Assembly: GCA_000004695.1 (NCBI GenBank)
Contig: CM000151.3
Location: 6,464,001 to 6,528,000 of the forward strand
Source of the DNA: Dictyostelium discoideum
Taxonomy: Eukaryota
Length of the DNA: 64,000 bases
Direction of reading: 5' to 3'
Shown here: positions 1-10,960 of the stretch, one piece after another
How positions within the stretch are numbered: the stretch's first letter is position 1
How the letters are laid out: each line of letters starts with the position of its first letter
Position numbers and translations under genes: made by a program
Notes under the pieces: generated by a model
Databases searched by the model: none
Seen by the model: the letters and a program-made list of their open reading frames with translations, nothing else
What the model was told of the DNA's origin: nothing

Positions 1-261
1 TTATTTTTTTTTTAAAAAATAAATATATATATAAATAAAGAAAAAAAAAAAAAACAATTAAATGAATAGAAAAAAAAAAAAAAAAGTCTTTTACTTTTTT
101 ATACATTTATATATATTAATTTGAATTTATTGTTTTTTTTTTTTTTTTTTATCTATTTTAATATGCACCTCCACTCTGATATTTTTTTAGAAAAGAAAGA
201 ATTAGTAAGATTTTATATATTTATAAAAAAATAATTTGGTTTTTTTAATAAGTTTTTTAAT

Positions 262-660
262 TCATACATTAACTAAATCCATTTCATCAGGTCTCATTTT
301 TAATCTTTGTGGAATTTGAGAATTATCTGAATATGTTTTATTTTTATTTGATAATGGTGATGATGATGTAGTGGTTGGAGTTGGTACTGAAGTAGTTGAT
401 TTATTTAATCCTTTATTTTATTTCATTTTATTTTATTTTATTTTATTTTTTTCAAAATTGTGTAGATGTATACAAATTAAATTGAATTAATAATAATTAT
501 AAAAATAATTAGTATTTTTTTTAATTACTGGAAAATAAATGATGATGATGATCAAAATTATTGATTAATATATACCATGTCTATCTGGGAAACGGATTAA
601 TGGAACATGTCTTCTTGCTCCTCTTGCAAATAAAGTTTGTGTAAAATTAATTAATTTCAT
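262..660 (-). CDS. small two-exon gene for a hypothetical protein of about 80 aa (exons ~577-660 and ~262-418). The product starts MKLINFTQTLFARGARRHVPLIRFPDRHG and continues LNKSTTSVPTPTTTSSSPLSNKNKTYSDNSQIPQRLKMRPDEMDLVNV
   Basis: ATG at 660 on the minus strand. GT donor after 577 and an AT-rich intron ending in AG before 418 keep the frame. The protein has a basic N-terminus, possibly organellar. No family was recognised. Confidence 0.35.
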
Positions 661-1015
661 TATGAATGAATGTATGAATGAATATATGGATGTAAGTGTT
701 TTAAAATTTGTCGTTATGCTGTTTTTTTTTGATTAAATGAAAAATAAAAAAATAAAAAAAAAATTGAAAAAAAAATAAATTAAAAAAAAAAAAAAATATA
801 AAAAAAAAATAAAAAAAATAAAAATTTTCATATGACCCAATAAATTTCTTGTTTTATTTTCCAAAAAAAAAAAAAAAAAATTACTTTTAATTACTTATTT
901 CATAAATTTATTTTCCTGTATTTAGAATGATTTTTAATTTTAATAAAATTGAAAATGAAATTGAAATAGATATATAAATTTATTATTTTTAATTTTTTTT
1001 TTTTTTTTTTTAATT

Positions 1016-1630
1016 CTATTGTGTTACAACACTATCAGCTCCAGTATTTTCAAATTCTTCATTTGGATTATTTGTTTTTATTTTAGGATTGTTTACCCTA
1101 TTTTTCTTTTTTATTCTTTTACATTTTATTATTATAAATATTACAATTTTAAATATTACATTGTAATTGGATTTGGATAAGGTTTGAGTTGTGGGTGGTT
1201 GATCAGTATGTGATTTAATTTTTGAATTTCCAGGTTTTTCATCATCATCAGAAGTTTTGTTTTTTATTATATAATTCATCATTCCAACTAAATTAAAATA
1301 TTTATCTTCACATAACATTGATGGGTTAACTAATTTTTCATAGGAATATTCTGTACCAATAACTGGGTATCCAAAATAATGATCTATATAATCGAATGGA
1401 TCTGATAATTCTACTGCTGAATCCATTAAGTTAAGTCCTTTTATTTCACCATCAATACTACTGACCCATCTTTAATAGTTTGGTCCAATTGTAAATATTT
1501 TTAAAATTTTTTTGGTTTCATATTGAATTTTATTAAATAATACCAAACGATTACCAATTATTCCTTCTTCACAATTAACAATTGTAAATTCAATAGTTAA
1601 AAATAAAAAAATAATTAAAAAAATTTTCAT
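1016..1630 (-). CDS. secreted hypothetical protein with an N-terminal signal peptide (MKIFLIIFLFLTIEFTIVNC...). The reading frame is continuous over 615 nt except for one in-frame TAA at 1472-1474
   Basis: ATG at 1630 and ATG at 1426 are in the same frame, 204 nt apart. The frame reads ...KIFTIGPNY*RWVSSIDGEIKGLNLMDSAVELSDPF... so the upstream signal-peptide segment joins the listed 136-aa ORF through a single stop codon. Confidence 0.35.
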
Positions 1631-1947
1631 TTATTAATTTATTTATAAAATAAATAATTTTTTTTTTTTTTTTTTTTTTAACTATTAATAAAATTATTTT
1701 AAATTTTAAATTATTTTTTTTGTTTGGTTGAAAGGGTTATAAATGAATTTATATAAATATTTTTATTTTTATTTTTATTTTTTATTATTTTTTTTTTTTT
1801 TCTTTGCTGTTGAAAAAAAATATGAAATATAATTAATTATTTATACCCACCACTTCTTTTCAATTTCTTTTATTTTTTTTTAATTATTAATATATCTATA
1901 TTTTTTTTTAAAATTAATTTTTAATTAATATTCTATTTTTAAAAAAT

Positions 1948-1989
<42 letters not shown>

Positions 1990-4173
1990 ATTTATAACAA
2001 AACATGTATTTTTAAATTTAATATTTACTAAAAAAAAAAAAAAAAAACCAAGTCAAATATCTTCAAATCTCCTAAGTACTCAATCGATTAAATTAAAAAG
2101 TTGATGATATTTGGCTTGGTTGTTTTTTTTTTTTTTTTCATTTTTTTTTTTTTATTTTGTCAAAAATAATAATTAAAACAATAACAACATTAATCGTTGT
2201 AGTATTAATAGTCACAATGAAAACGATACTACAGAGATGTTTTGAATAAAATTTGTTTTGTATATAACACCACATTTGAAAATTGAAAATTGAAATAGTA
2301 GTAATGGGTAATTCAAATAGTCACTATATAAAAGAAGATGAGGGATGAAAGTTTGGACAAATAATCAGATGAAGAAGATAAAGGGTCATGATGAAAGGAT
2401 CGATTTGATGATTAGAAGGATGATAAATATGTTAATTCAAGATTTAAAAAAACAAATTAAACAAGTTGAAACTAAAGTTTATGTAATTAGTTTCAGGGAT
2501 ATCCAAATTTTCCATAACACTTACATACCTTATGTGGTTGCGCTTATGATCGGGTTAAACTTAACAATCACTTCAATAAATCAACCATTCAATTTAACAA
2601 TATTATTCACCATCTTACATCTTTATCATTATGTATTATGTATATTTATTATTTGTTTCACTGTTCCATCACTTGAGGTAAGTTATAAAATCATACAAAC
2701 ACAAATATTTCCCTACAAAGATAATTTGGGATCTTTGATATTAATTTTTTTAATTTAATTTTTTTTATTAATTTATTTATACCATCATTTAGTCAACCTC
2801 AACAACCTAAACAACAACAACAACAACAATAACAATTACTAAAAGTAGATTTTTATGTGGTCCAACTAAACCTGCTCTCACAAACAATTGGTAATTTATT
2901 AAGTACAATTACAACCTCTAGAAATGGTTTATTGTATTGTTCCCAACAAACTATTTGCTAATATAAGTACTGTTTTATTTAGTTTAATAACATCAGCTAT
3001 TCCTATTAATATTATTATTTTATTATGATTTTTATTATGATTTTATTATGATTTTGATAATTCTGAAGTACTTTTCACTTAATATTGAAAGTTTTCTCTT
3101 TTCATCTTTTCTATAACGTTCAGCCAAGAGTGCAGTTTTTTATAGGATAATTCTTGAGTTTCTGTAGTATTAGTAGTAGTTGTATTTTTATATATTAAAT
3201 ACACAGTAGTAGATTCAACATTGATATAAATGAAAAAGCAAGGCATCCATTGGTTAGATAAGCATTCACTGATTTCGAAATTAATAAAAAAAAAAGATAA
3301 ATTTTAGCAAATAATTTTTTATTATAAGGGAGGTCACATTTTCAAAAAATGACAGGAGCCTATGACCCTGTGCGCACTGAAGAAGAGGAAGAAAGTTTAT
3401 AAAAAAAAATTAATTTTTATCACTTAAAAATAATAAAAAATAAAAAGTTTCAACTCAACCCAAACCCACAAACTTTAATGATCAAAATTAAAACCCAATC
3501 ACCATTTGCTACTGTAATGAAAACAATACAAACAATACCCCAAAATATTATACTAAATATACTATCCTTACAAATTAAATGAATTATAAAAAAAAAATAA
3601 AAAAATTTGCAATGGTATAAAAAAAAAAAAAAATAATAAGAAAAAAAATAAAAGATCTATAAATAATGATCAAATTTGTTGGAGTTAATTCCAATTCACT
3701 CATATACATTATTTTATTTTTAATTGGTTAAATTTAGTAACTCGCATGTGCTGGTTTTCTTTTTATTTATTTTTTATTTATTTATTTTTTATTTTTTTTT
3801 CATAAATAATTAAAAAAATTAAAAAATAAATTATTTAAAATTTTATTCATAAATAATTAAATTATCCAATGAAAAACAAATACCAAACCACAGTAATAAT
3901 ATTAATAAAAATTTAAATCTTAAAAGACTCTATTAGTTTTACTTTTTGACCAACCCCTAAATTTTTTTTTTTTTTTTTTTTTTTTTATATTATTTATTTT
4001 TCAATGGAAAATTAAATTCCTTATGTAATAAAATTTGTTGTTGTTGTGGTAAAGTTTGAAATAACAACAACTGACTCTTAATAAAAACAAAAAATAAAAA
4101 TAAGTTGCTTAATTGTTATTATTATTATTTTTAGTTTTATTTAATTTTTTTTTTTTATTATTATTATTATTTT

Positions 4174-4207
<34 letters not shown>

Positions 4208-4554
4208 GAGAATTTGGAAAAATAAATAAAATAAATAATAAAAATAAAGAAATAAAAAAAAAAAAATAATCGAAAGATATAATGCTGTCATTTTTAATTC
4301 AAACCCTCATTTTTTTTAAAATATCGAATTTTAGTTTAATAAATCTATCAGTAAACATTTTATTTTATTTTTTTTAAAATTTTTTTTTTTTTTTAAATTT
4401 TTTTTTTTTTTTTTTTTAATAAAATACTATTATTTATTTATTTATTTTTTTTAAACAAATAATAAAATAAAATAAAATAAAAAAATTAAAAAAAAAACCA
4501 ATAAAAAAAAAGAAAAATTAAAACTAATAAAAAAAAACCACCAAATAAATAAAA

Positions 4555-5229
4555 ATGGATAATAATAATAATAATAATAATCCAAATAATAATAATCCAA
4601 ACAATAATCCAAATAATAATAATGAAATAGTTTTAGATATTAATAATGAAAATAAATATATTTTTGGTTTAAAATTTAATTATCCAAAAAAAGAAAATAA
4701 TGTTATTGTAAAAAGAAAAAGTGATAATAAAGATAAATTTATATGGATATTTTCAAATGAATACCCAATTAATTTAAGAGATTATATTTCAAAAGAAGAT
4801 TTTAAAAATGATATTAAAATAGTAAATGGATTAAATGGCTATTTTATATTTATAATTGGTTTATATTCATTTTGGGTGCTATTTTTTTCAGTTATGTTTA
4901 TGATTGGATTCATTCCAAAAATAAGTCCAGTTCTTTTGGGTTTATTTGGTCCATTTTTATTTTTCTCAATTTTAAGTTTAATTTATCAATTAAAGTTTAA
5001 AAGACATAAAACATTTTTAAATTATTTAGAAGGAAGAATTCGTCATTTAAATCATAAATATAGAGATATTCAAATAGTTTGGAAATTAGAAAAAAAGATT
5101 TTTATAAATTTTCATAGAGAAAAGAAATTAAAAGTTTGGATTGAAATTCAACTTCCAAATTATCCAATAAAGATTGTTCAATCTTGTCCACAATTTTCAA
5201 ATATTCAAATTTCAATACCAAATAATTGA
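4555..5229 (+). CDS. hypothetical membrane protein: Asn-rich N-terminus followed by two or three hydrophobic helices
   Basis: 224-aa ORF with a hydrophobic core (FIFIIGLYSFWVLFFSVMFMIGF, LLGLFGPFLFFSILSLIY) and AT-rich flanks typical of Dictyostelium promoters and terminators. Confidence 0.4.
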   Translation: MDNNNNNNNPNNNNPNNNPNNNNEIVLDINNENKYIFGLKFNYPKKENNVIVKRKSDNKDKFIWIFSNEYPINLRDYISKEDFKNDIKIVNGLNGYFIFIIGLYSFWVLFFSVMFMIGFIPKISPVLLGLFGPFLFFSILSLIYQLKFKRHKTFLNYLEGRIRHLNHKYRDIQIVWKLEKKIFINFHREKKLKVWIEIQLPNYPIKIVQSCPQFSNIQISIPNN

Positions 5230-5383
5230 AATACTTTAGAAAAATTAAAAAAAAAAAAAAAAAAAAAAAATTGTATAATAATAATAAAAAATAATAATAA
5301 AATGTAAATTAAATCTATTTTTTTTTTTAAAAAAAAAAACTATATTAAATTTTTTTTTTTTATTACTTTTTATTAAAATTTAT

Positions 5384-7238
5384 TTATAATTTTTGAACTT
5401 GAAGGGTACCATTTGGTACAAGACCAGCATCTTGAACTGAAATTGATTTTAATTCATCGTTTGTATAAATTTTTCTTGGATAAGTACTTGAAAGTGTGAA
5501 TTTACCATGTTGAGAAGTATTATTTGAAATAAAAGTATGAACATCAATTAGTTTGGTTGATAATGGGAAAGTACCTTTAATGGTGGTACCATCTGTAAGA
5601 CGAATTTGAATGAGTGATTCTGTATAGTTTTGTTTTGGTACATAAACTGGAACTGGAGTTGGAGTTGTAGTGGTGGTGGTGGTGGTGGTGGCAACATTGT
5701 TATTTAGGGTTGCATTCTTTTTAGCAGCTCTTTCAAGACGATCAGCTTCAACTTTTGCTTTAATTTTTGCTTTTGCAATACGATCTGCTTCTTTTTCTTT
5801 TCTATCTTTTTCTTGTTCTCTCTTTAATTGATCCTCTTGCCATTTGGTGAGAGCTTGTTGAGTTGATTTACCACCTTGACGACGATTAATCTCTCTTTCA
5901 ATCTCTTTTTTAGCCTCTTCTTCGGCTTTCTTTACTCTAATCTCTTGAATTCTTGCTTCTAATCTTTTCTTTTGTTCTGCTTTCTCCTCTGGTGTCATTT
6001 GATAGTTTTCAATATCATTTTCATGTGCCACAAATTCATGTTCTGGATTATGTTTATTTGTATCTTTACAAGTTTGACAAAGATCATAATTTGGGCAAAC
6101 CTTACATTTATATCTATAACCTATGATTTGATTTTGACACATATCACATAATGCATTATGAACAGTTGTTGGATATTCTTTTTGTTCACTTGTAGTTGTT
6201 GTTGTTGTTGTGGTGGTAGTTGTACTACCATCAGTATTTGTAGTAGATGGGGTTGTAGTTGTTGTTGATTCACTTTTAGTGGTAGTAGCACCAGTATCAC
6301 CTTCTAATGGATCATCAATAGTTGGAGAATCCATATTTTCAAAAATCCAATCCATTGCAGATTGAGAACTTGAATTATTTACCATAATCAATGCTTTTCT
6401 ACATCTATTCTCTGGAAAACCCATATCTATTAAATCTTTCATCATAATTGGATCTGGTTGTGTTGCTCTTGCTGGTGGTCTACTCTTTGTTGCTGTTGAT
6501 GATGATGATGATGTAATTGGTGTTGGTACAGTTGGTGATGTTGTAGTATTACCATATTGTTGTTGATATTGTGCTTGTTGTTCTTGTTGTTTTTTTTCTA
6601 AATTATCTAAATAAGCTTGACGACTATTTCCACTGCCACCCCCACCACCACCCAATGCATTACCTTGTGATGCAAATGAAAGTTGTGGTTGTAATCTTTC
6701 AATTGAACTTTTTAATTGATTTTTATCAGCACCACTAAATTCATGAACTTGTTTTCTTTCAATAAAGAATTTAAATGTTGGCATTGCTCTAACACCTTGA
6801 CTTTGTGTTGTTGACTAAATAAAATATAAAAAAATAATAATATAAAATTATTAATATATATATATAAATTTAAAAGTTTATTATAATAATTTAAATTTTT
6901 TTAAAAAAAAAAAAAAAAACTACAAGAAATTTTTTTTTTTTACTTACTTTACACTGATCAACATCAACTTTTAAGAAAATAACATCTTTATATTCTGATG
7001 ATAATTGTTCGAAATATGGACTAATCATTTTACATGGTCCACACCATGTTGCTGTAAAATCTACAACAACTAATCTTTTACCTGCTGTAACTAATTCTGA
7101 ATCAAGTTGATTATCAACTAAAACTATTGATTATTAAAAAAAAAAAAAAAAATTTCATATTAAAACCCAATCATCAAATTTTTTAATTTACTAAATTAAT
7201 ATTATTATAAAAATATACTCACCTTTTACTCTTGACAT
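5384..7238 (-). CDS. thioredoxin-domain protein with UBA, ZZ-type zinc finger, charged coiled-coil and C-terminal UBX domain. Three exons: 7223-7238, 6948-7123 and 5384-6814
   Basis: Exon 1 encodes MSRVK and ends at a GTGAGT donor. Exon 2 encodes the thioredoxin core ...[41 protein letters not shown] (WCGPC active site) and ends at a GTAAGT donor. Exon 3 continues [17 protein letters not shown]... and contains the UBA ([38 protein letters not shown]), the ZZ finger ([29 protein letters not shown]...H.PEHEF), an E/K/R-rich coiled coil and the UBX ([17 protein letters not shown]...[13 protein letters not shown]...LVPNGTLQV). Confidence 0.8.
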
Positions 7239-7427
7239 TATGAAAAATAATATATAAATGTATATGTATAAAAATGAATTAAAATCAAATTAAAAAAAAA
7301 AAAAAGTGTGGGTTGTAAAAAAAAAAAAAAAATTTTAAATTAAAAAATAAAAATTTAAAAAAAAATAAAAATAAAAATAAAAATAAAAATTAAAGAAAAA
7401 AAAAATTAAATAATTCAATGCGATGTT

Positions 7428-7461
<34 letters not shown>

Positions 7462-8189
7462 CAAATAAGATTATTTTTTTTTTTTTTATTTTTTTTTTTT
7501 TTTATTTTTTTTTTAAAAAAATAAGTTAATCTAATTCTAACAATTAAAAAGAATTAGATAAAAAGTCGATTGTTTGATAAAAAAAAAAAAAAAATAATAA
7601 AAAAAAAATAATAAAAAAAATAAATAATATTTTAAATCTAACTTTAATATTATTTTTTTTTATTTATAAAGTAGTTTTTTTCCAAATAAAAATGGTTTAC
7701 ATTCAATTTTTATCTAGATAATAATAATAATAAAATATGAATCAATACCAATCAAATGATAGAGAAAGGAAAGATTTATCAATGGACTATATCATAAAGA
7801 AAGGTTGATTATCATCGATGATTAAAATTTTATTTCTAAAGTAATAAAATGAATCAATACTAATCAAATGCCAGAAAAAGGAAAGATTTATCTATGCACT
7901 ATGGCATTTTGAAAAGAAGATGATATCATTTTTACAATAAAAAAAATTATAAAACAAAAATTAAAAATAAAATAAAATAAAAAAAAGGTTTAATAAAATA
8001 AATATATATATTTAGATTTTTTTTTTCTTTATTTAAATTAATATAAAAAAAAACTATTTCCTTTTATTCTATTATTAATAAAAAATTCATAATAAAATTA
8101 AAATTGATAAACAAGTCACTATCATTCTTTATAAAATAAAAAAAAAAAAAAAAAAAAAAAATAGATCATGGTGAAAATATTATTTAAAT

Positions 8190-8745
8190 TAAATTGGACC
8201 TATCAGTGGATAATTGAATTAATTATAATTAACTCAGCATATTTTAAAAAAGATCGAGTTATCCCGGAATAAATTCAGTTATTTCGAAAAAAGTTTATTT
8301 TTTTTTGAAAAATTTTTATTAAAACACATTATTTAATAAAAAATTTTTAAATAATATTAAAAAATATTTGTTAAGACCTATCGTAGAATTAAATTTGGTA
8401 GTATTTATAGAGAAATAAAGAAAATATAAAAAAAAAATGAAAATGGAAAAAAAAAAAAGGAACTTCCAAAAAAAAAAAAACTACATATAAAAAATAAATC
8501 CTTTATTTGAGCCCCGGTATTTTTGATTTTTTTTTGTCTATCATACTATTTTTTTATTTATTTATTTATTATATTTTTTATTTTAATTGTTAATAAATGA
8601 AAAAAATTAAAAAAAAAAAATAATATGGCCAATGAAAAATTTTTCGCGAAAAGATTTATTAACTCGATCTTTTTCAAAATAGCTTTTTTTGTTCAGAATT
8701 AATTCAATTATTCACAGAAAGGTCCAGTTTGGACAAAAAAGATGT
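8190..8745. mobile_element. non-autonomous TIR element (MITE-like, possibly thug-type) with inverted terminal repeats of about 100-120 bp
   Basis: 8198-8320 (ttggacctatcagtggataattgaattaatt...gatcgagttat...tttcgaaaaaag) is the reverse complement of 8635-8745 (...cgcgaaaag...aactcgatc...aattaattcaattattcacagaaaggtccagtttggac) at about 80% identity. Both ends terminate in GGACC. The ~300-bp core has no ORF. Confidence 0.4.
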
Positions 8746-9008
8746 TTTAATCAAAAGTAATAATACAATTCAAAATTTGAACCAAAAAAAAAAAAAAAAA
8801 AAAAAAAAATAAGTAACTAATAATTGCGTTTTCCGATTCAAAAAAAAAAATGTTGTCTCCAACCAGTACTTGGAAGGCCTGAGGTCGATTTTAATTGCGT
8901 TATTTCGATTCAAAAAAAAAGAATCCAAAAAAAAATCAGATTTTTTTTTTTTGGATTGGATCAAAAAAAAAATCAGATTCAAAAAAAAAAAAAAACATAA
9001 ACTTCAAA

Positions 9009-9086
9009 GATATCGTAGCGAAGTGGTAACGTATTTGACTGAATCAAAGCTCCTAGGAGGCGCAGGTTCGAATCCTGCCGATATCG
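9009..9086 (+). tRNA. type-II (long variable arm) tRNA, most likely tRNA-Ser(UGA), with an irregular anticodon arm that may mark a pseudogene
   Basis: The acceptor stem GATATCG pairs perfectly with CGATATC. The D-loop AAGTGGTAA carries an A box. A long variable arm CTCCTAGGAGGC is present. The T-arm GCAGG-TTCGAAT-CCTGC is identical to eukaryotic tRNA-Ser. The anticodon region ATTTG-ACTGAAT-CAAAG gives TGA in the anticodon position but has C at position 33 and an A.G stem closure. Confidence 0.55.
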
Positions 9087-9126
9087 ATAATTTTTAGAAT
9101 CAATTCATTTGGTCGAAGGTTCGATT
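9087..9126 (+). promoter_or_regulatory. Pol III terminator (TTTTT at 9091-9095) plus an ex-B box copy (GGTTCGATT at 9118-9126), about 32 bp after the tRNA
   Basis: A T5 run lies immediately 3' of the tRNA. A second B-box-like motif (consensus GGTTCGAATCC) lies at the position typical of Dictyostelium tRNA genes. Confidence 0.5.
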
Positions 9127-9169
9127 AATCAATATTAAAAAAAAAAAAAAAAAAAAAGTTTTAAATAGG

Positions 9170-9173
<4 letters not shown>

Positions 9174-9243
<70 letters not shown>
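9174..9243. repeat. 70-nt T homopolymer with one A, starting 87 bp 3' of the tRNA-Ser-like gene
   Basis: Read directly. It could be the poly(A) tail, seen from the opposite strand, of an old minus-strand retroelement remnant. It could equally be a simple homopolymer. Confidence 0.9.
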
Positions 9244-9248
<5 letters not shown>

Positions 9249-9289
9249 TTGAGGAAATGGAGAAAAAAAAATAAAATTCTTTTTTTCCT

Positions 9290-9540
9290 TATTTCCTTAT
9301 TTTTTCCCTTTTCCTTTATTTCCTCAAAAAAAAAAAAAAATTCCTCTTTTCCCTTTATTTCCTCTCACTTAAAAATTCCTGGTTCCTTTGTTCCCTCAAA
9401 AAAATAATCCTTTGGTTCCTTCATTTCCTTTTTTTACTCTATTTCCTTTATTTCCTCATAAATTTCCTCAAATTCCTTTATTTCCTCAATTAAAAATTCC
9501 TCGATAGAAGTACATTTCCTCCCTTTCCTCAAAAGGATAC
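9290..9540. repeat. degenerate tandem array of 15-17 bp units (TTCCTTTATTTCCTC-like, which is GAGGAAATAAAGGAA on the other strand), 10 or more copies
   Basis: Read directly: ttccttatttccttatttttt, ccttttcctttatttcctc, tctatttcctttatttcctcat, aattcctttatttcctcaat and further variants. Confidence 0.7.
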
Positions 9541-9659
9541 ACATTAAATTTCTCACAGTGTAATAGTAATTTAATTAATTTAATTTTAAATTCTAACTTA
9601 TTTTTATACTAGATAGTTAAAAAAAAAAAGATAATAATAATAATAACACCACCACTGAG

Positions 9660-10960
9660 AAAAATTTTAACTTTAGCACTATAAGCCCCAACAGCCCAAA
9701 CAAAATTGTAAAAAAAATTATAAGGGCTGTGCGCAACACTTATGAGTGCTGTGCGGGCTGTGCTCAAAGTTTTTAATTTTGAGTACAGCCCTTACAAAAT
9801 TATTTTTTTAGATATTTAAATAAATAACCGTCTTTTTTTGAAACGGTTATTTATTTAAAGGTTTTTTTAGGATATACTTGGGATTAAATATTTTTAAAAA
9901 AAACCATCTATTTTTAAAAAAAAGTATTCAATAAAAAATAATAAAAATGAAATAATGCAATTTTATTTTATTTTTTTTTTTTTTTTTTTATTTATTTATT
10001 TATTTTTTTTTTAAAATGTGCTATATTAATATTATTAATTTGATTATTTTCAATTTCACTTTTTTGATTTAAACTCCTAAATATAAATGTAAAATTGTTA
10101 GTTATTACTTTAATTAAATTTTATTTTTTTTTAAAATTTACCATACATTACCTTAAAAAAAAAAAAAAAATTATCGTTATTTTTTATTTTATTGGTTTTC
10201 TCCTAAATATGAATGTAAAATAATTTATTTATTGATTAATAATACAAAACTTAAAATAATATGCAAAGTGATTTTTTATTTTAATTTCCAAGAAAATAAA
10301 AATTAATAATAAAAAATACTACATTTTTTCAGGTTTTTTTTTTTTTTTTTTGCAAAGTCTCAAACAATATATTCATATTTTCTTATTAAATATATTTTAT
10401 TTTTTTAAATACATTTAAAAAAGTAAATTAAAAAATTGTAATGTTTCTATCCTTTTTTTATTGTTTTTATTTTTTTTTTTTAAATTTTTTTTAAAAAAAA
10501 CCTTTTTATAAGTCTGTGTAGTCCTTTTTTATTTTAAAAAAATAATTTGTAGCCAATGTGATATTTTTTTTTTTTTTTAAAAAAAAACTTGAGATGTGTA
10601 GTCAGTTTTAAAAATTTAAAACCTTATTATTGCCCATTTTAAAAAAAAAAACCTTTTGGAATCTTTGCATTCAATTTATTTTTTTTTAAAAAAAAAAAAA
10701 AACCTTGTGGCCAGCCCTTGTAGTACATTTTTTTTAAAAAAAAAAATACCTTGTATCAGCCCGGTTAGCACTAATAGTCCATTTTTTTTTAAAAAAAAAT
10801 ACCTTTTATTAGTCCGGTTGGCACGAATAGACCGTTCAGCCCATATAGTCCATTTTTTTTTTTTAAGGGCTGTCCGGCTATTCGTGCCAACCGGGTTAAT
10901 ACAAGCCCTTCTAAGCGATCATGGCTTGTTCGTGGATAACTGCACTATATTTTAAAATTC
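9660..10960. repeat. composite repeat and palindrome region, about 50% GC against an AT-rich background, probably decayed mobile-element debris 3' of the tRNA
   Basis: A near-perfect hairpin lies at 9829-9862 (aaataaccgtctttttttgaaacggttattt). An inverted repeat lies at 9700-9800 (caaaattgtaaaaaaaattataagggctgt ... acagcccttacaaaattatt). Six or more tandem units of ~45-60 bp at 10480-10870 have the form A-run, accttNt..tagtcc, T-run. Internal inverted repeats are ccggttggcacgaatag and ctattcgtgccaaccgg. Confidence 0.35.

Noticed and set aside
2345-2758. 137-aa plus-strand ORF with hydrophobic stretches and a possible GTAAGT donor at ~2688
   Set aside because: No recognisable motif. The downstream continuation is ambiguous, so I could not build a coherent gene model. 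Left unannotated.
4109-4291. 60-aa ORF on the minus strand (MTALYLSIIFFFLFLYFYY...KKKKKK)
   Set aside because: It is pure translation of A/T homopolymer runs, has no codon structure, and lies in a spacer.
9009-9086. Possibility that the type-II tRNA is tRNA-Sec or tRNA-Phe(GAA)
   Set aside because: The anticodon region contains TGA, not TCA. The acceptor stem is 7 bp and the T-stem 5 bp, not the 9/4 structure of tRNA-Sec. A GAA anticodon reading would require a Phe tRNA, which never has a long variable arm.
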